Below the pieces are notes generated by a model. It was not told where the DNA came from, searched no databases, and worked only from the letters and a program-made list of their open reading frames with translations. A stretch of DNA of 64,000 bases from contig CP158635.1 in the NCBI GenBank assembly GCA_050273025.1, positions 10,354,001 through 10,418,000 on the forward strand. Reading direction: 5' to 3'. Positions 63,444-64,000 of this stretch are shown one piece after another. Both the position numbers and the translations under genes were made by a program. The first letter of the stretch is position 1; every line of letters starts with the position of its first letter. The stretch is from Cenococcum geophilum (lineage: Eukaryota).

Positions 63444-64000
63444 TAGATCTTTTATCTAGTTTCTATTCTTACTATGCGATAATTCTTTACCTAAATTCTT
63501 TTATAGTTTCTTTTAGTTTGCGTCTTATAGATAGATTCTTAAAGTCTTTCTACTTTTTAATCTTAGTATTAATTCTTTAATCTTTAGGCCGAACACTATG
63601 TCCTCCTAGTAAGTCCTCTAGGTCTATATATTTGTCTTCTAGTCTAGTTACTATTTATACTGTAGATTCTCTAATCTATAAAGAAACCTCTTGCCTTTTA
63701 TTTATGGGTGTCCTTATTTATACTCCGAATTCTTAACCCCTTTAAATTGTTAATCCTAAGCTTACTTCTATCTTAAGCTTTGCTTTAGCCTTAGTCTAAC
63801 TAGGCTTACTTAATATTCTTATCTTATCTTAAGAATCTTAAATCTTACTTATCTTGTTTTAAGAATCTTATACCTATAGGAAACTCTATTCTAAGCTTAT
63901 TCTTATATCTTTAAACTAAGCTACTGCTCTGCTCTATTAGTTATCGTCTATTATAGGTCCTTAAGCTTACCTTATCTTATCTTAAGAATCTTAGTTATCT

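Larger units (their letters stand above)
47641..64000 (-). mobile_element. Ty3/Gypsy LTR retrotransposon, heavily RIPed, fragmented by nested insertions (pieces ~47641-48222, 53452-53900, 59757-62368, 63444-64000)
   Basis: Integrase (DFIIKLLK, ILVIVNKL, QTDG*TERLN*TLE*YLRHY) at 47.65-48.1 kb. RT (KIDLR*AYY*IRI, FGLINALATF, IVVYLNNIIIY, FLGFCNY) at 60.2-60.7 kb. Protease (ALIDSRATRNYI) at ~61.4 kb. Confidence 0.88.

Noticed and set aside
1..64000. Alternative genetic code (TAA/TAG read-through)
   Set aside because: Stops coincide with genome-wide C>T/G>A transitions that also hit splice sites and repeats, which is RIP.

Overview
Filamentous-ascomycete (Pezizomycotina-like) DNA that is almost entirely RIP-mutated: TpA excess, CpA/TpG depletion, and TAA/TAG stops at expected Gln/Trp codons. 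Genes are therefore pseudogenes and the ORF track is mostly uninformative. Positions ~1-47640 look like the captain-proximal part of a Starship-type giant element: a DUF3435-like tyrosine recombinase on the minus strand at ~44.6-47.1 kb, with its edge breaking a Gypsy integrase at a TTAC. The cargo includes kinases, an AAA ATPase, an F-box protein and others. The most striking cargo is a head-to-tail array of three modules (~10.1-28.8 kb). Each is built as conserved arm A - 38-bp core site > variable cargo < inverted core site - conserved arm B, and each carries a different fungal immunity/cell-death gene. Module 1 holds a HET-domain gene preceded by 27 tandem 70-bp units (intron + variable 3-nt microexon). 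Module 2 holds a NACHT-WD40 NLR with an N-terminal amyloid-like motif next to a matching two-repeat prion-forming-domain ORF. Module 3 holds a HET-6-like gene preceded by ~35 tandem 65-bp units (intron + variable 3-nt microexon). Positions 47640-64000 are a RIPed Gypsy element interrupted by a full-length Tad1-like LINE, a tiny truncated LINE, a full-length Copia, and a non-autonomous element with Ngaro-like split direct repeats. Gene boundaries are approximate and were derived by manual translation.
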